Notes: generated by a model from the letters alone, not told the origin. DNA of 64,000 bases from Alphaproteobacteria bacterium (GCA_963667785.2 CAXXMU010000001.1:352001-416000); one strand, 5' to 3'. Counted from the stretch's first letter, positions 38,839 to 51,063 are shown. Program-made: numbers and translations.

Positions 38839-40128
38839 TCACTCCACCTTCGACGGCCCCTGGCGCACCAGCCGGGTGCCGAAGCCCCGGCCCTTGACGA
38901 TGGCGTCCTCGCCGAACCTCTCCCGCACCGCATCGAGCGCCCTGTCGATCCTGTCCTCGGCCGGCGCGGCGGTGCCGAAGAGATCGGGCTGCACCGTCTC
39001 CCCGGCCGGGGAGAGATCGTGGGCGCCGATGCCGATGAGGCGAAAGGCGCGGCCGTCGGCCTCGCGGTCGAGCAGCGGGGCTGCGGCGCGGAACATCTCG
39101 TCGGCAGACTGAGTGGCGGCGCCGAGCCGGCGCGCGCGGGTGATGATGCGGAAGTCGGCCGTCTTGAGCTTGAGCGTGACCCCGCCGCCGGCGAGCTCGG
39201 CCTTCTTCATGCGCCGCGCCACCGTCTCCGCGAGCCGCCACAGGATCGGCCGCAGGGCTGCGGCATCGGATAGGTCCTCGTCGAGCGTGATCTCCGAGGA
39301 GACGCTCTTGGTCTCGCGCGCGGGATCGACCGGGCGGTCGTCCTCGCCGCGGGCGCACCGGTGGAGCCGCGTGCCGATCTTGCCGTAGCGGGCGACGAGC
39401 GTGGCCTCGTCGATGCGGGCAAGCTCGCCGATGAGCGTGATGCCGTCGTCGGACAGGCGCTTCTGCATGGCCCGGCCCACGCCCCAGAGAAGGCCCACCG
39501 GCCTGTCGGCGAGGAAGGCCCGGGCCTCCTTCCTGCCGATCACGGCGAAGCCCCGGGGCTTCTCCAGGTCGGAGGCGATCTTGGCCAGGAACTTGTTGTA
39601 GCTGAGGCCGACGGAGACGGTGATGGCGAGAGCTTCCTCCACCCGCCGGGCCAGCAGCGCCAGGGTCGCGGCTGCGCTGGCGCGGTGCAGGGATTGGGTG
39701 CCGGAGAGGTCCATGAACGCCTCGTCGATCGAGAGCGGCTCCACCAGCGGCGTGCACGCCAGCATCATCGCCCGCACCTCGCGGCCGACGGCGGCGTATT
39801 TCTTCATGTCCGGCCTGATGACGACCGCATCGGGGCAGGCCTCGAGGGCCTTGAACATGGGCATGGCGGAGCGCACCCCGTAGCCGCGGGCGATGTAGCA
39901 GCAGGCGGCGACGACCCCTCGGTGCCGACCGCCCACGATCACAGGGCGGTCGCGGATCTCCGGCCGGTCCCGCTTCTCGATCGCGGCGTAGAAGGCATCG
40001 CAGTCGAGATGGGCTATGGCGAGATCGTGGAGCTCGGCGTGTCCGAGCACGCGCGCGGAGCCGCAGGCCGGGCAGGCGCCGGCATGGGCGAGCGGCCGAT
40101 GGCCGCAGTCGCGGCACAGGGTTTGCAC
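38839..40128 (-). CDS. dinB: DNA polymerase IV
   Basis: HLDCDAFYAAIE, CYIAR.YGVRSAMP, SIDEAF, KIASDLEKP; N-terminal CxxC..CxxC. Confidence 0.95.
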   Translation of the reverse strand: MQTLCRDCGHRPLAHAGACPACGSARVLGHAELHDLAIAHLDCDAFYAAIEKRDRPEIRDRPVIVGGRHRGVVAACCYIARGYGVRSAMPMFKALEACPDAVVIRPDMKKYAAVGREVRAMMLACTPLVEPLSIDEAFMDLSGTQSLHRASAAATLALLARRVEEALAITVSVGLSYNKFLAKIASDLEKPRGFAVIGRKEARAFLADRPVGLLWGVGRAMQKRLSDDGITLIGELARIDEATLVARYGKIGTRLHRCARGEDDRPVDPARETKSVSSEITLDEDLSDAAALRPILWRLAETVARRMKKAELAGGGVTLKLKTADFRIITRARRLGAATQSADEMFRAAAPLLDREADGRAFRLIGIGAHDLSPAGETVQPDLFGTAAPAEDRIDRALDAVRERFGEDAIVKGRGFGTRLVRQGPSKVE

Positions 40129-40194
40129 GGGCCGATCATAGGACTCGATCCGGACCGTGCGAAGCGACGCCTTCCGCTATGCCGCCGCCGACCG

Positions 40195-41424
40195 CTACTC
40201 GAAGCCGCAGGCCGCCGCGCTCGTGCCGATCGATGCCCAGCGGCCGTCCTGCGTGCCGAAGCAGCCGTCGCGCCACTCACCCTTGAAGGTAGTACCGTCG
40301 CCCTGGACGTAGGTCCCTTGCCCGTGTGGCTTGCCGTCGCGCCAGTTGCCCTCGTAGCGCTCGCCGCTGGCCTCGGTGAAGGTTCCGTAGCCGTGCTGCT
40401 TGCCGTCGCGAAGCTCGCCCTCGTAGCGGAAGCCGTTGGCCCAGGTCAGGACCCCCCGCCCGTGCATCTTGCCGGCCTCCATGCCGCCTTCGTAGACCCC
40501 TTCGCCGCCGCGGTACACCAGCTTCCCTTCGCCCGAGGCCTTGCCCTCGACACAGGCGCCCGTCCAGGTGAAGGGCTCGTAGTCCCGGTTGCCGTAGTTC
40601 CAGACTTCGCAGGGCTGGTTCTCGGTGATGGACCAGTCCGCGCCCACGCGCGGGGGCGTGTCCGCCGGCCGCGGCGCTGCGTCGTCCTCCTGCACCGCCT
40701 CCGGTACCGCCTCCTGCCGCGTCGCCCTCAGGAGCGGTGCGTAGATGAAGGCGGTGCCGCCCTGGAAGGCGACCCGCAGCCAGTCCCGCCCCCTGACCTC
40801 GCCGGTCACGCGCAGCTCGTCGCCGGCCCCCACCGTGCCGATGATGTCGTAGTCAGGGCTCGGGCCCGTCCTCAGATTGGCGGCTTCCGACGCCCTCATC
40901 AGACGGTTTGCCTGCTCGATCCTGTAGCGATCCGCCGGCGGGCCTTCCTGCGCCGGCTGCTCTCCCTGCTCGCTGGCGACCGGATCGTCCGGGCCGGGGC
41001 CGTCGGTGCCGCACTTGCCCCGCTCGTAGGAGAAATGGACGACGCAGGCTCTCGCCTGCTCCTCGAACAGCGGCAGGCAATCGGGGAACGCGCGATTGTC
41101 CGTCTCCGACAGGAACTCGGTGTTCTCCCTGCAGAGCGCGATCTTTCGGTCGATGGTGCCGAGGCATTGCTGGCGCTGCGCGGGAAGCTGTGTGTAGATC
41201 ACGCCCGCGATATCGCCGTGTCTGGGCTTCACGATCCGCCCGTCGGAGGCCTCGCACCCGAAGACGAAGTCTTCGATATGCGTCTCCGTCGCCTCGGCGC
41301 CCGACCAGACCATCGACGCGGCAAGCGCTGCCGTCGCGGCCGCGAACAGCGTGGCGCTGCCGCCGCGCGGCACGGTGCGCAGGAGCCGTGCCGGTCGCGC
41401 TATATCAAAAATGCGGGTCATCAT
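40195..41424 (-). CDS. Secreted protein: Cys-rich N-domain + SH3b domain + MORN repeats
   Basis: Signal-like hydrophobic stretch ending AEA; ANLRTGPS..Y.IIG...WLRV (SH3b); repeated YEG..RDGK.HG.G (MORN). Confidence 0.8.
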   Translation of the reverse strand: MMTRIFDIARPARLLRTVPRGGSATLFAAATAALAASMVWSGAEATETHIEDFVFGCEASDGRIVKPRHGDIAGVIYTQLPAQRQQCLGTIDRKIALCRENTEFLSETDNRAFPDCLPLFEEQARACVVHFSYERGKCGTDGPGPDDPVASEQGEQPAQEGPPADRYRIEQANRLMRASEAANLRTGPSPDYDIIGTVGAGDELRVTGEVRGRDWLRVAFQGGTAFIYAPLLRATRQEAVPEAVQEDDAAPRPADTPPRVGADWSITENQPCEVWNYGNRDYEPFTWTGACVEGKASGEGKLVYRGGEGVYEGGMEAGKMHGRGVLTWANGFRYEGELRDGKQHGYGTFTEASGERYEGNWRDGKPHGQGTYVQGDGTTFKGEWRDGCFGTQDGRWASIGTSAAACGFE

Positions 41425-41507
41425 GCGCCCACTATAGTACAGACAGACGCCCGGCTGTGTCGCTACCGTGACAAGGCGGTTGGCGGCGTGCGAAAGGAAG
41501 GCCGCCG

Positions 41508-41927
41508 ATGGATGCCGACGAGATCATCGCCCGCTACGCGCTCGCGCCGCATCCGGAGGGCGGCCACTACCGCGAGACCTATCGCGCCGTCGCCGAAGAC
41601 GGCGGCCGCGGGGCGGTGACCGCCATCTACTACCTGCTGAGGGAGGGCGAGGTCTCCCACTGGCACCGGGTCGACGCGGTGGAGATCTGGCACTACCACG
41701 CGGGCGCTGCGCTGATGCTGGAGCTCTCTCCCGACGGTGTCGGGATCACCCGCCACCGGCTGGGCGCCGGCGCCGGCGCGGAGCCCCAGGTGACGGTTCC
41801 CGCCCGCGCCTGGCAGAGCGCCCGGTCGGAAGGCGACTGGACGCTGGTCGGCTGCACTGTGGCGCCGGCCTTCGAGTTCTCGGGCTTCGAGCTTGCGCCG
41901 GCCGGCTGGCGCCCCGGACGCCGGTAG
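41508..41927 (+). CDS. Cupin domain protein (DUF985/YML079 family)
   Basis: LAPHPEGGHYRE, TAIYYLL, SHWHRVD..EIWH, LVGCTVAPAFEF. Confidence 0.9.
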   Translation: MDADEIIARYALAPHPEGGHYRETYRAVAEDGGRGAVTAIYYLLREGEVSHWHRVDAVEIWHYHAGAALMLELSPDGVGITRHRLGAGAGAEPQVTVPARAWQSARSEGDWTLVGCTVAPAFEFSGFELAPAGWRPGRR

Positions 41928-42084
41928 GGGTGCCGCGCAGCGCCGGGTCTGCTCCGCGTCTCTCGCCATCGTGACGAGTGGCGTCGCATTTTCCGTGGAT
42001 GAGGGGCGGGAACACGCCATATAGTCCGCCGAGCACACTCTGGAGCGGGGAGCGGCGGTCGCTGCCCGACGAACGGCGGGGACG

Positions 42085-43734
42085 ATGATCGACTTCCGGA
42101 CCCACCCGGACGACTATCGCCACTGGCGCCTCGCCACGTGTGGCGCCATAGCCACGCTGGCGCTCGACGTGGACGAGAACGGCGCCATTGCCGGCGACTA
42201 CGCGCTCAAGCTCAACTCGTACGATCTCGGGGTCGACATCGAGCTCAGCGACGCGATCCAGCGGCTGCGCTTCGAGCATCCGGAGGTGCGCGCGGTGGTG
42301 CTGGTCTCGGCGAAGGACCGCGTCTTCTCGGCCGGCGCCAACATCCCGATGCTCGCCGGGGCCTCGCACGTCGACAAGGTCAACTTCTGCAAGTTCACCA
42401 ACGAGACCCGCAACGCCATCGAGGATGCCTCGGCCAATGCGGGGCAGCGCTGGATGACGGTGATCGCCGGCACCGCCGCAGGCGGCGGCTACGAGCTGGC
42501 GCTGGCGACCGACCACATCATCCTGGTCGATGACGGCGCCACGGCCGTGTCGCTCCCCGAGGTGCCGTTGCTCGCGGTCCTGCCGGGCACCGGCGGCCTC
42601 ACCCGGGTCGTCGACAAGCGCCGCGTCCGCCGCGACCGTGCCGACTTCTTCTGCACCACAGGCGAGGGCGTGCGCGGGCGCCGCGCGCTGGAGTGGAAGC
42701 TGGTCGACGAGCTGGTGCCGCGCTCGGGCCTGGACGACGCCGTGGCCAGCCGCGCCGCCGCTCTTGCTGCAGGCTCCGACCGGCCGCCCGTTGCGCGCGG
42801 GATCGCGCTGCCCCGCCTCGAGCGCACGCTGGGCGAAGACGCCATCGCCTACAGCCACGTCCGCGTCACCCTCGACCGGGCGCGGGGCACGGCGACGCTC
42901 ATGGTCTCCGCCCCCGCTGCGCCGCCGCCGGCCGACCCTGCCGCGATCCACGCCGCCGGCGCCGATTTCTGGCCGCTGGCGCTCGCGCGCGAGCTCGACG
43001 ACGCGATCCTGCACCTGCGCTTCAACGAGCCGGGACTCGGCACCTGGGTCCTCGAGACCCAGGGCGCGGCCGACCATGTCGCGGCAGCCGACACCGCGCT
43101 CGCAGCTTTCGCCGACGACTGGCTGGTGCGCGAGATCACCCTCTACCTGAAGCGGACCCTCAAGCGCCTCGACGTGAGCGCGCGCAGCCTCGTCGCGCTG
43201 ATCGAGCCGGGCTCGTGCTTCACCGGCACGCTGCTGGAGCTCGCGCTCGCGGCCGATCGCAGCTTCATGCTGGACGGCACCTTCGAGGACTCGAATCTGC
43301 TGCCGGCCACGGTGCGGCTGACGGCGATGAACGCCGGCCCGCTGACGATGGCGAACGGCCTCTCGCGGCTCGCCAGCCGCTTCCTCGGCGACGATGCGGC
43401 GCTGGCGGCTGCGCACGATGCGCTGGGCGTCGACCTCGACGCCGCGGCGGCCGACGCGCTCGGCCTCGTCACCTTCGTGCCCGACGATATCGACTGGGAG
43501 GACGAGGTGCGCATCGCCATCGAGGCCCGCACGGCGTTCTCGCCCGACGCGCTGAGCGGCATGGAGGCGTCGCTCCGCTTCGCCGGGCCGGAAACGCTCG
43601 AGACCAAGATCTTCGGTCGCCTCTCCGCCTGGCAGAACTGGATCTTCCAGCGCCCCAACACCACGGGCCCAGACGGTGCGCTCAAGCTCTACGGGTCGGG
43701 CGTGCAGCCGACCTTCGACCGCAACCGCGTCTAG
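42085..43734 (+). CDS. boxC: 2,3-epoxybenzoyl-CoA dihydrolase
   Basis: YALKLNSYDLGVDIEL, RFEHPEV, KVNFCKFTNETRN, ETKIFGRLSAWQNWIFQRPN. Confidence 0.93.
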   Translation: MIDFRTHPDDYRHWRLATCGAIATLALDVDENGAIAGDYALKLNSYDLGVDIELSDAIQRLRFEHPEVRAVVLVSAKDRVFSAGANIPMLAGASHVDKVNFCKFTNETRNAIEDASANAGQRWMTVIAGTAAGGGYELALATDHIILVDDGATAVSLPEVPLLAVLPGTGGLTRVVDKRRVRRDRADFFCTTGEGVRGRRALEWKLVDELVPRSGLDDAVASRAAALAAGSDRPPVARGIALPRLERTLGEDAIAYSHVRVTLDRARGTATLMVSAPAAPPPADPAAIHAAGADFWPLALARELDDAILHLRFNEPGLGTWVLETQGAADHVAAADTALAAFADDWLVREITLYLKRTLKRLDVSARSLVALIEPGSCFTGTLLELALAADRSFMLDGTFEDSNLLPATVRLTAMNAGPLTMANGLSRLASRFLGDDAALAAAHDALGVDLDAAAADALGLVTFVPDDIDWEDEVRIAIEARTAFSPDALSGMEASLRFAGPETLETKIFGRLSAWQNWIFQRPNTTGPDGALKLYGSGVQPTFDRNRV

Positions 43735-43752
43735 CGCCGGGGAACGAGTCCG

Positions 43753-45164
43753 ATGCAGGTCGACTACAACGAACGCATTCCCAACAATGTCGGCCTGGCC
43801 GACGACCGCCGCCTGCTGCGCGCGCTGGAGCGCTGGCAGCCTGCCTATCTCGACTGGTGGCGCGAGCTCGGCCCCGTCGGCGCGCACGAGCACGCGGTCT
43901 TTCTGCGGACCGCCATCGGCGTCGACACCGACGGCTGGGCGCACTTCGACTTCGTCAGGATGCCCGACTACCGCTGGGGGATTTTCCTGTCGGAGCCCGC
44001 ACCCGACCGGCGCATCAACTTCGGCATCCACAAGGGCGAGCCGGCCTGGCAGGAGCTGCCCGGCGAGTACCGCGCGGAGCTGCGGCGCCTCATCGTCACC
44101 CAGGGCGATACCGAGCCGGCGTCGGTGGAGCAGCAGCGCGGTCTGGGCCTCACCGCGCCCTCGCTCTACGACCTGCGCAACCTCTACCAGGTCAACGTCG
44201 AGGAAGGCCGGCACCTGTGGGCGATGGTCTACCTGCTGCACGCCTATTTCGGCCGCGACGGGCGCGAGGAGGCGGAGGAGATGCTGGCCCGCCACGCCGG
44301 CGACGCGGACAAGCCGCGCACGCTCGAAGCCTTCAACGAGCCGACCGACGACTGGCTCTCGTTCTTCATGTACACCTTCTTCCAGGATCGCGACGGCAAG
44401 TTCCAGCTCCACGCGCTCTCGGAGTCGGGCTTCGATCCGCTCTCCCGCACCTGCCGCTTCATGCTGACCGAAGAGGCCCACCACATGTTCGTGGGCGAAT
44501 CCGGGGTCATGCGCATCGTGCAGCGCACCTGCGAGAAGATGCGCGAGCACGACACCGACGATGTCGGACGCTTCGGCGCGATCCCGCTGACGCTGCTCCA
44601 GAAGTGGATCAACTTCCACTATTCGATCTGCCTCGACCTGTTCGGCTCCGAGGACTCCACCAATGCCGCCAACTACTACGCCATGGGCCTCAAGGGCCGT
44701 TATCGCGAGACCAGGATCGACGACGACCATGTGCTCGCCGGGAGCACCGTCACGGTGCCTGCGGTGGAGGAGGGGAGGCTGGCGTCGAAGGAGGTGACGG
44801 CGCTGAAGGCGATGAACGAGACGCTGCGCAACTCCTACGTGGACGACAGCCAGCGCGGCATCGACCGCTTCAACAAGGTGATCCGCTCATTCGGCATCGA
44901 CGCCGAGCTGCGCCTGCCGCACCGCGCCTTCCACCGCAATATCGGCGCGTTCGCCGGCATTTGCGCGGCGCCGGACGGCACCCTCATGGGCGAGGCGAGC
45001 TGGAAGCGGAAGCGGGACGAGTGGCTGCCGAACGCCGACGACCACGCCTTCGTCCAGTCCCTGATGATCCCGGTGAGCGAGCCCGGCGCCATGGCGGGCT
45101 GGATCGCTCCGCCGAAGCGCGGCATCCACGGCCAGCCGCTCGATTACCGCTACGTCGAGTTCCA

Positions 45165-45168
<4 letters not shown>
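43753..45168 (+). CDS. boxB: Benzoyl-CoA 2,3-epoxidase di-iron subunit
   Basis: IPNNV, QGDTEPASVEQQR, VEEGRHLWAM, DRDGKFQL, LTEEAHHMFVG (ExxH di-iron motifs). Confidence 0.94.
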
Positions 45169-46748
<1,580 letters not shown>

Positions 46749-46844
46749 GACGATCCTCCGCCATCCTGTGCGCGGGGTGCCCGACGCGAGGCTCGGTCGC
46801 GCGCGCCGGGCCAACGGGTGCGGTCCGGCAGATCGGTCCGACGT

Positions 46845-48377
46845 TCATCGGTCGAGCGCCCTGATGCGGGCGACCAGCCCGGCCGTCGACTGGTCGAGCC
46901 CAGCGTCGGCCCCGTCCTCGCCGCGCATGACCGGGACCAGACGCTGTGCGAGCGCCTTTCCCAGCTCGACACCGAACTGGTCGAAGGAGTTGATGCCCCA
47001 GATGGCCCCCATCGTCACCGTCTTGTGCTCGTAGAGCGCGATCAGCCGGCCGAGCGCGAAGGGGTCGAGCGCGCGGTGCAGGATGGTCGTGGACGGCCGG
47101 TCTCCGGGGAAGGCCAGATGCGGCGCGGGCCTGTCGGTCTCGGCCTGCGCGCGGCCGAAGGCCAGTGCCGCGCCCTGCGCCAGGCAATTGGCGAGCAGGA
47201 GCCGATGGTGCTCCGCGTCGGCGCCGCGCGGTTGGGCGGCGGCGATGAAGTCGACGGGGATCACGTCCGTACCCTGGTGCAGGAGCTGGAAGAACGAGTG
47301 CTGGGCGTCGGTGCCCGGCTCACCCCAGACGACCGGCGCGGTGGCGCAGGCGACGGGCGCGCCGTCCTGCGTGACGCTCTTGCCGTTCGATTCCATCTCG
47401 AGCTGCTGGACATAGGCCGGGAAGCGCTCGAGCCTCTGGTCGTAGGGGATCAGCGCCACTGTCGGCCAGCCCATGGCGTTGCGCCGCCAGATGCCGGCAA
47501 GCGCCAACAGCACCGGCAGGTTCTCTTCGAGGGCCGCCTCGCGGAAGTGCCGGTCCATCGCCGCGGCCCCCGCGAGAAAGGCCCGGAACCGGCTCGCGCC
47601 GATGGCGATGGCGAGAGAGAGCCCGATCGCGCCCCAGAGCGAGTAGCGCCCGCCGACCCAGTCCCAGAAGCCGAAGACCCGCTCCGCAGGCACGCCGAAG
47701 GCGGCGCAGGCCGCGAGATCGGTCGAGACCGCCGCCATGTTGTCTGCTGCGTGATCCCCCAGCCAGGCCCGGGCGGAGCGGGCGTTGGTCATCGATTCGA
47801 GCGTCGTGAAGGTTTTCGACGCGACGATGACTAACGTCGTTGCCGGGTCGAGCCCCCGGAGCGTATCGGCCAGATCCGCCCCGTCCACATTCGAGACGAA
47901 GTGCCCGCGAGGTCCGTCATGGTCGGGTGACAGCGCGCGTGCGGCCATGGCCGGGCCGAGATCGGAACCGCCGATGCCGATGTTGACGACGTCGGTGACG
48001 CTGCCGGCGCGCACATCCTCGGCGAAGGCGAGGACATCGGCGAGCGCTCCCTCGACATCGTCTCCCGGCGGTGCCGCCGCGCCGCCGCGAAGCGCCATGT
48101 GGAGCGCTGCCCGGCCCTCGGTCCGGTTGACCGCCGCGCCTGCGAACATCGCCTCGCGCCGGCCTTCGACATCGCCCGCCCGGGCAAGTGCGAGGAGCGC
48201 ATCGAGCGCCGCAGCGTCGAGCTTCTCCTTCGAGAGGTCGATGCTGAGGTCCTCGAAGGCGAAGGAAAGGCGCTCGAACCGTGCCGGATCGTCGGCGAAC
48301 AGGGTGCGCAGATGAGTGGGGCGCAGGCGTGCGGCCTCGCGGTGAACCCTCTCCCAGGCGGCTTCGAGCGGGGTCAT
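46845..48377 (-). CDS. pgi: Glucose-6-phosphate isomerase
   Basis: NIGIGGSDLGP, ASKTFTT, DWVGGRYS, QQLEMESNGK, FDQFGVELGK. Confidence 0.95.
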   Translation of the reverse strand: MTPLEAAWERVHREAARLRPTHLRTLFADDPARFERLSFAFEDLSIDLSKEKLDAAALDALLALARAGDVEGRREAMFAGAAVNRTEGRAALHMALRGGAAAPPGDDVEGALADVLAFAEDVRAGSVTDVVNIGIGGSDLGPAMAARALSPDHDGPRGHFVSNVDGADLADTLRGLDPATTLVIVASKTFTTLESMTNARSARAWLGDHAADNMAAVSTDLAACAAFGVPAERVFGFWDWVGGRYSLWGAIGLSLAIAIGASRFRAFLAGAAAMDRHFREAALEENLPVLLALAGIWRRNAMGWPTVALIPYDQRLERFPAYVQQLEMESNGKSVTQDGAPVACATAPVVWGEPGTDAQHSFFQLLHQGTDVIPVDFIAAAQPRGADAEHHRLLLANCLAQGAALAFGRAQAETDRPAPHLAFPGDRPSTTILHRALDPFALGRLIALYEHKTVTMGAIWGINSFDQFGVELGKALAQRLVPVMRGEDGADAGLDQSTAGLVARIRALDR

Positions 48378-48567
48378 GATCTCCTGGACGACGAGCGCGG
48401 CACCGGTTACCGCCGGGTCGACAGTGCGGCGGAAGACGGCAGAGAGCGCGCCCGATGCCGCAGGCACTGGCCGAGGGATCGGCCCGCCCGCCGCCGGCTC
48501 AGGCATGGCATGGATGGCCGCCGGGCGCAGGATCCTGTCGCCCAGACTCGCGTGCGCACCTTCGCGC

Positions 48568-48595
48568 TGTCAATCGGCATTCGATACTGACCCCT
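48568..48595 (+). mobile_element. IS21-family-like terminal repeat remnant at the island boundary
   Basis: TGTCAATCGGCATTCGATACTGACCCC: TGT start and ACTGACCCC at the same spacing as the end at 56470; followed by hairpin ccctgagtgga..tccactcaggg. Confidence 0.45.
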
Positions 48596-48681
48596 GAGTG
48601 GAGTGGAGCGGGCCACTTCCACTCAGGGTGGGTCTCATCCCCCCAGGTGAGCTGTTCGCGACTGTAGGGCAGCGGCTGCTG

Positions 48682-48738
48682 CTCCGATATTTACGAAAAA
48701 ACGATTATTTTCATTCAAATCAATACGCACAATTTATC
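48682..48738 (+). promoter_or_regulatory. Bipartite conserved motif, copy A
   Basis: CTCCGATATTTACGAAAAAA-N22-TACGCACAATTTATC; inverted copy at 51007-51063. Confidence 0.6.
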
Positions 48739-48839
48739 CAAACTTCCCGAAAATGGAAATTGAGAGACGGAGCGAGCAAGAGCTGGTTCGAAGCCCTAGC
48801 CGGATCGAGCCCATGAATGGTGAGCACCCGAACGAGTCC

Positions 48840-49760
48840 ATGCATCATCGCGGAACGTATCGGATTCCGCCCATGAGCACTCTGATCGCCTTCGAGAGTG
48901 CCGGGCGCCACGGCAGTTTCACGCGGGCGGCGATCGAACTCGACACGGCGCAGACGGCAATCAGTCGCCGCTTGGCACGTCTGGAAAAGCAGCTCGGCGC
49001 GCGGCTGTTCGAGCGCTCCAGAACCGGTGTTCGCCTGACAGAAGCCGGACGGCGATTTCGCGAAGCCGTACTCGTGGGTCTTGGAGCCCTTCGTTCGGGG
49101 GCGTCGGACATCGCAACCCTCTCGGACGACGGGCACACGGAGGTGACCGTCGCCTGTCCCGACGAGGTATCGCACCTGTTCCTGATGCCGCGCTATCAGG
49201 CGCTCAGGGAGGCGCTGGGCGAGCATGTTCGCATCCGAATCGTCGCTCATTCCGCCGCCAGTCGGGACTTTCCTCCCCTTCCGCCTGCCGACGTGGTCCT
49301 GGCCTGGGACGAGGGCCACTCCACGTCCGAGCACCGCGTCGTCGTCGCGAAAGAGGCGTTGCGGCCCTTCTGCTCAGCCGCCTATGCCGCCCAGCACGCG
49401 GAAACCCTGAACGGGCCGGTCGCGGGCTGGGGCGGCCTGAACTTTCTCTCCTTTGCGCGTCCCGGGGAGGGCAAGGCGTCGTGGAAGCGATGGTTCGCGG
49501 TGGCCGGCCGCCCCGGCGCCGGGCTGCGCTACGAGGACTTCGACCTGTATCTCTACGCGCTGGAGGCGGCCGTTGCCGGCCGCGGCCTCGTGCTGGGCTG
49601 GCGTCACCTGATCGAGCGGTACGTCGAGACCGGAGCTCTGGTGGCGCTGGGCGACGGCTTCGTCGAAACCCGCAGGTGCTTCACGGCGGCTCTTACGCCC
49701 ACGGGACGGCAAGAGCCGTTGGCACGTGCGTGCCTCGCCTTCTTCGACGGGAAGGGTTAG
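48840..49760 (+). CDS. LysR family transcriptional regulator (GcvA-like)
   Basis: PPMSTLIAFESAGRHGSFTRAAIEL...AISRRLARLEKQLGARLFER, EAAVAGRGLVLGW; start uncertain. Confidence 0.9.
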   Translation: MHHRGTYRIPPMSTLIAFESAGRHGSFTRAAIELDTAQTAISRRLARLEKQLGARLFERSRTGVRLTEAGRRFREAVLVGLGALRSGASDIATLSDDGHTEVTVACPDEVSHLFLMPRYQALREALGEHVRIRIVAHSAASRDFPPLPPADVVLAWDEGHSTSEHRVVVAKEALRPFCSAAYAAQHAETLNGPVAGWGGLNFLSFARPGEGKASWKRWFAVAGRPGAGLRYEDFDLYLYALEAAVAGRGLVLGWRHLIERYVETGALVALGDGFVETRRCFTAALTPTGRQEPLARACLAFFDGKG

Positions 49761-49789
49761 CGCCGCGTCAGCACCGTCGTCGGTTGCGG

Positions 49790-49830
49790 TTGACCGGGGA
49801 AGTCCAATCCCCTGGATTCCCCCCGGTCAA
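49790..49830. repeat. REP-like inverted repeat between convergent lysR and STAS genes
   Basis: ttgaccggggaagtcca..tggattccccccggtcaa imperfect stem. Confidence 0.4.
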
Positions 49831-49949
49831 TCACCTGCCGTGCCGATTGGCGTCCAACCCACGAGCCGGACGACGAATCCGATCCGGAAACGTGCCGCTC
49901 CCCGGTCACGAGAGCGCCGGCAGGGTCTCCGAGGCACAGAACGACCGCG

Positions 49950-50288
49950 TCAGCGCTCCAGTGCCGCCAGCGCGTCGGCCCTGGTCGGATGGATCGTGAT
50001 GATCTTGTCGAAGCCGCTCCTCTTGAACGCGGTGCGGACAACGTCGGGAAGGGAGCACAGCGCGAACGCGACGTCGCGGCTCCGGAGGTCCTTCGCGGTC
50101 ATGAGCACGGCCCGAAGTCCGGAGCTGCTGATGTAGACCAGCCGCTCGAAATCCATGATCACCGCGCGGTCACCGTCTTCGGTGGCGGATCGGACAGTCT
50201 CCATGAACCGCCGGACGTTGGTGCCGTCTATTCGCCCCTGCACGCGCACGGACAGGATGCCGTCCTGCCGATCGGCGCTCACCTCCAT
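49950..50288 (-). CDS. STAS domain protein (anti-sigma factor antagonist)
   Basis: VQGRIDG, IMDFERLVYISSSGLRAVL (phospho-Ser motif), SGFDKII; GGAGG RBS. Confidence 0.9.
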   Translation of the reverse strand: MEVSADRQDGILSVRVQGRIDGTNVRRFMETVRSATEDGDRAVIMDFERLVYISSSGLRAVLMTAKDLRSRDVAFALCSLPDVVRTAFKRSGFDKIITIHPTRADALAALER

Positions 50289-51006
50289 TGCCGTGACCTC
50301 CGCCGCTGAAGCTGGCCGCGGGCGAGAGGACCGCTACAGCCGACGGGCCGCAGGCGGAAAGGGCCTTCATGCTGGCCTCCTCCAAGAGAAAAGGGACCGC
50401 CCGCCCAAGCAGCACTACAGGACGTCACGAGGATAGGTCGGACGGGCGGCCCAAGGTTCGAAAGAAGCGATGAGGAACCGGGACTTGAGAAGGTGTCGCC
50501 CGCCCGCGCGGACGTTCCCGTCGCGAATTCAGGAACGTGGCGGACGACCCCGAAGGGCGGAGGCCGGGACCGGGATCGAGCCGAAGCTCCAAGGGCTCCT
50601 GCCCTTTCTCCGATGCTGTCGCTTCGTTTTTCTGAAGGGCCCGGCTTCCCGGGAGCAGGCCTTCCATGCGGGCAAGGCGTTGGCCGAACGAGCCCGGGTC
50701 CCTGTCGAAACCGTGCATGGTCCGGTACCCGCCCCGCTGTGGCCGCACGAACCGAACGGGACTCGACCGGAAACCGGCGAGCCAGACCCGCACCTGCGCC
50801 GGTGCACGAACGGCGTATCGGGACCGGCGACGTGGACCCACGTCGCTCTTCCTGCCTCTCGAAGCCGCTGGTCTGGCGTTCCCCGAGCCGGTCTCCGACC
50901 GTCGAACCAAAGTCAGCGAACACCGATGCATGGAGAGCTTCCTGCCATTCCTGCTGCGCGCGACGCCTGCGCAGCACGCACTGGCGGAAATTCTTATCGA
51001 ACTATT

Positions 51007-51063
51007 GATAAATAGTGCGTACCAAGCTCGGCCGGATTGGTGTTTTTTCCGTAAATACCGGAG
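51007..51063 (-). promoter_or_regulatory. Bipartite conserved motif, copy B
   Basis: Reverse complement CTCCGGTATTTACGGAAAAA-N22-TACGCACTATTTATC; 18/20 and 14/15 identical to the boxes of copy A. Confidence 0.6.

Noticed and set aside
40060-40128. N-terminal CxxC..CxxC on DinB as a novel fusion
   Set aside because: Common in alphaproteobacterial DinB
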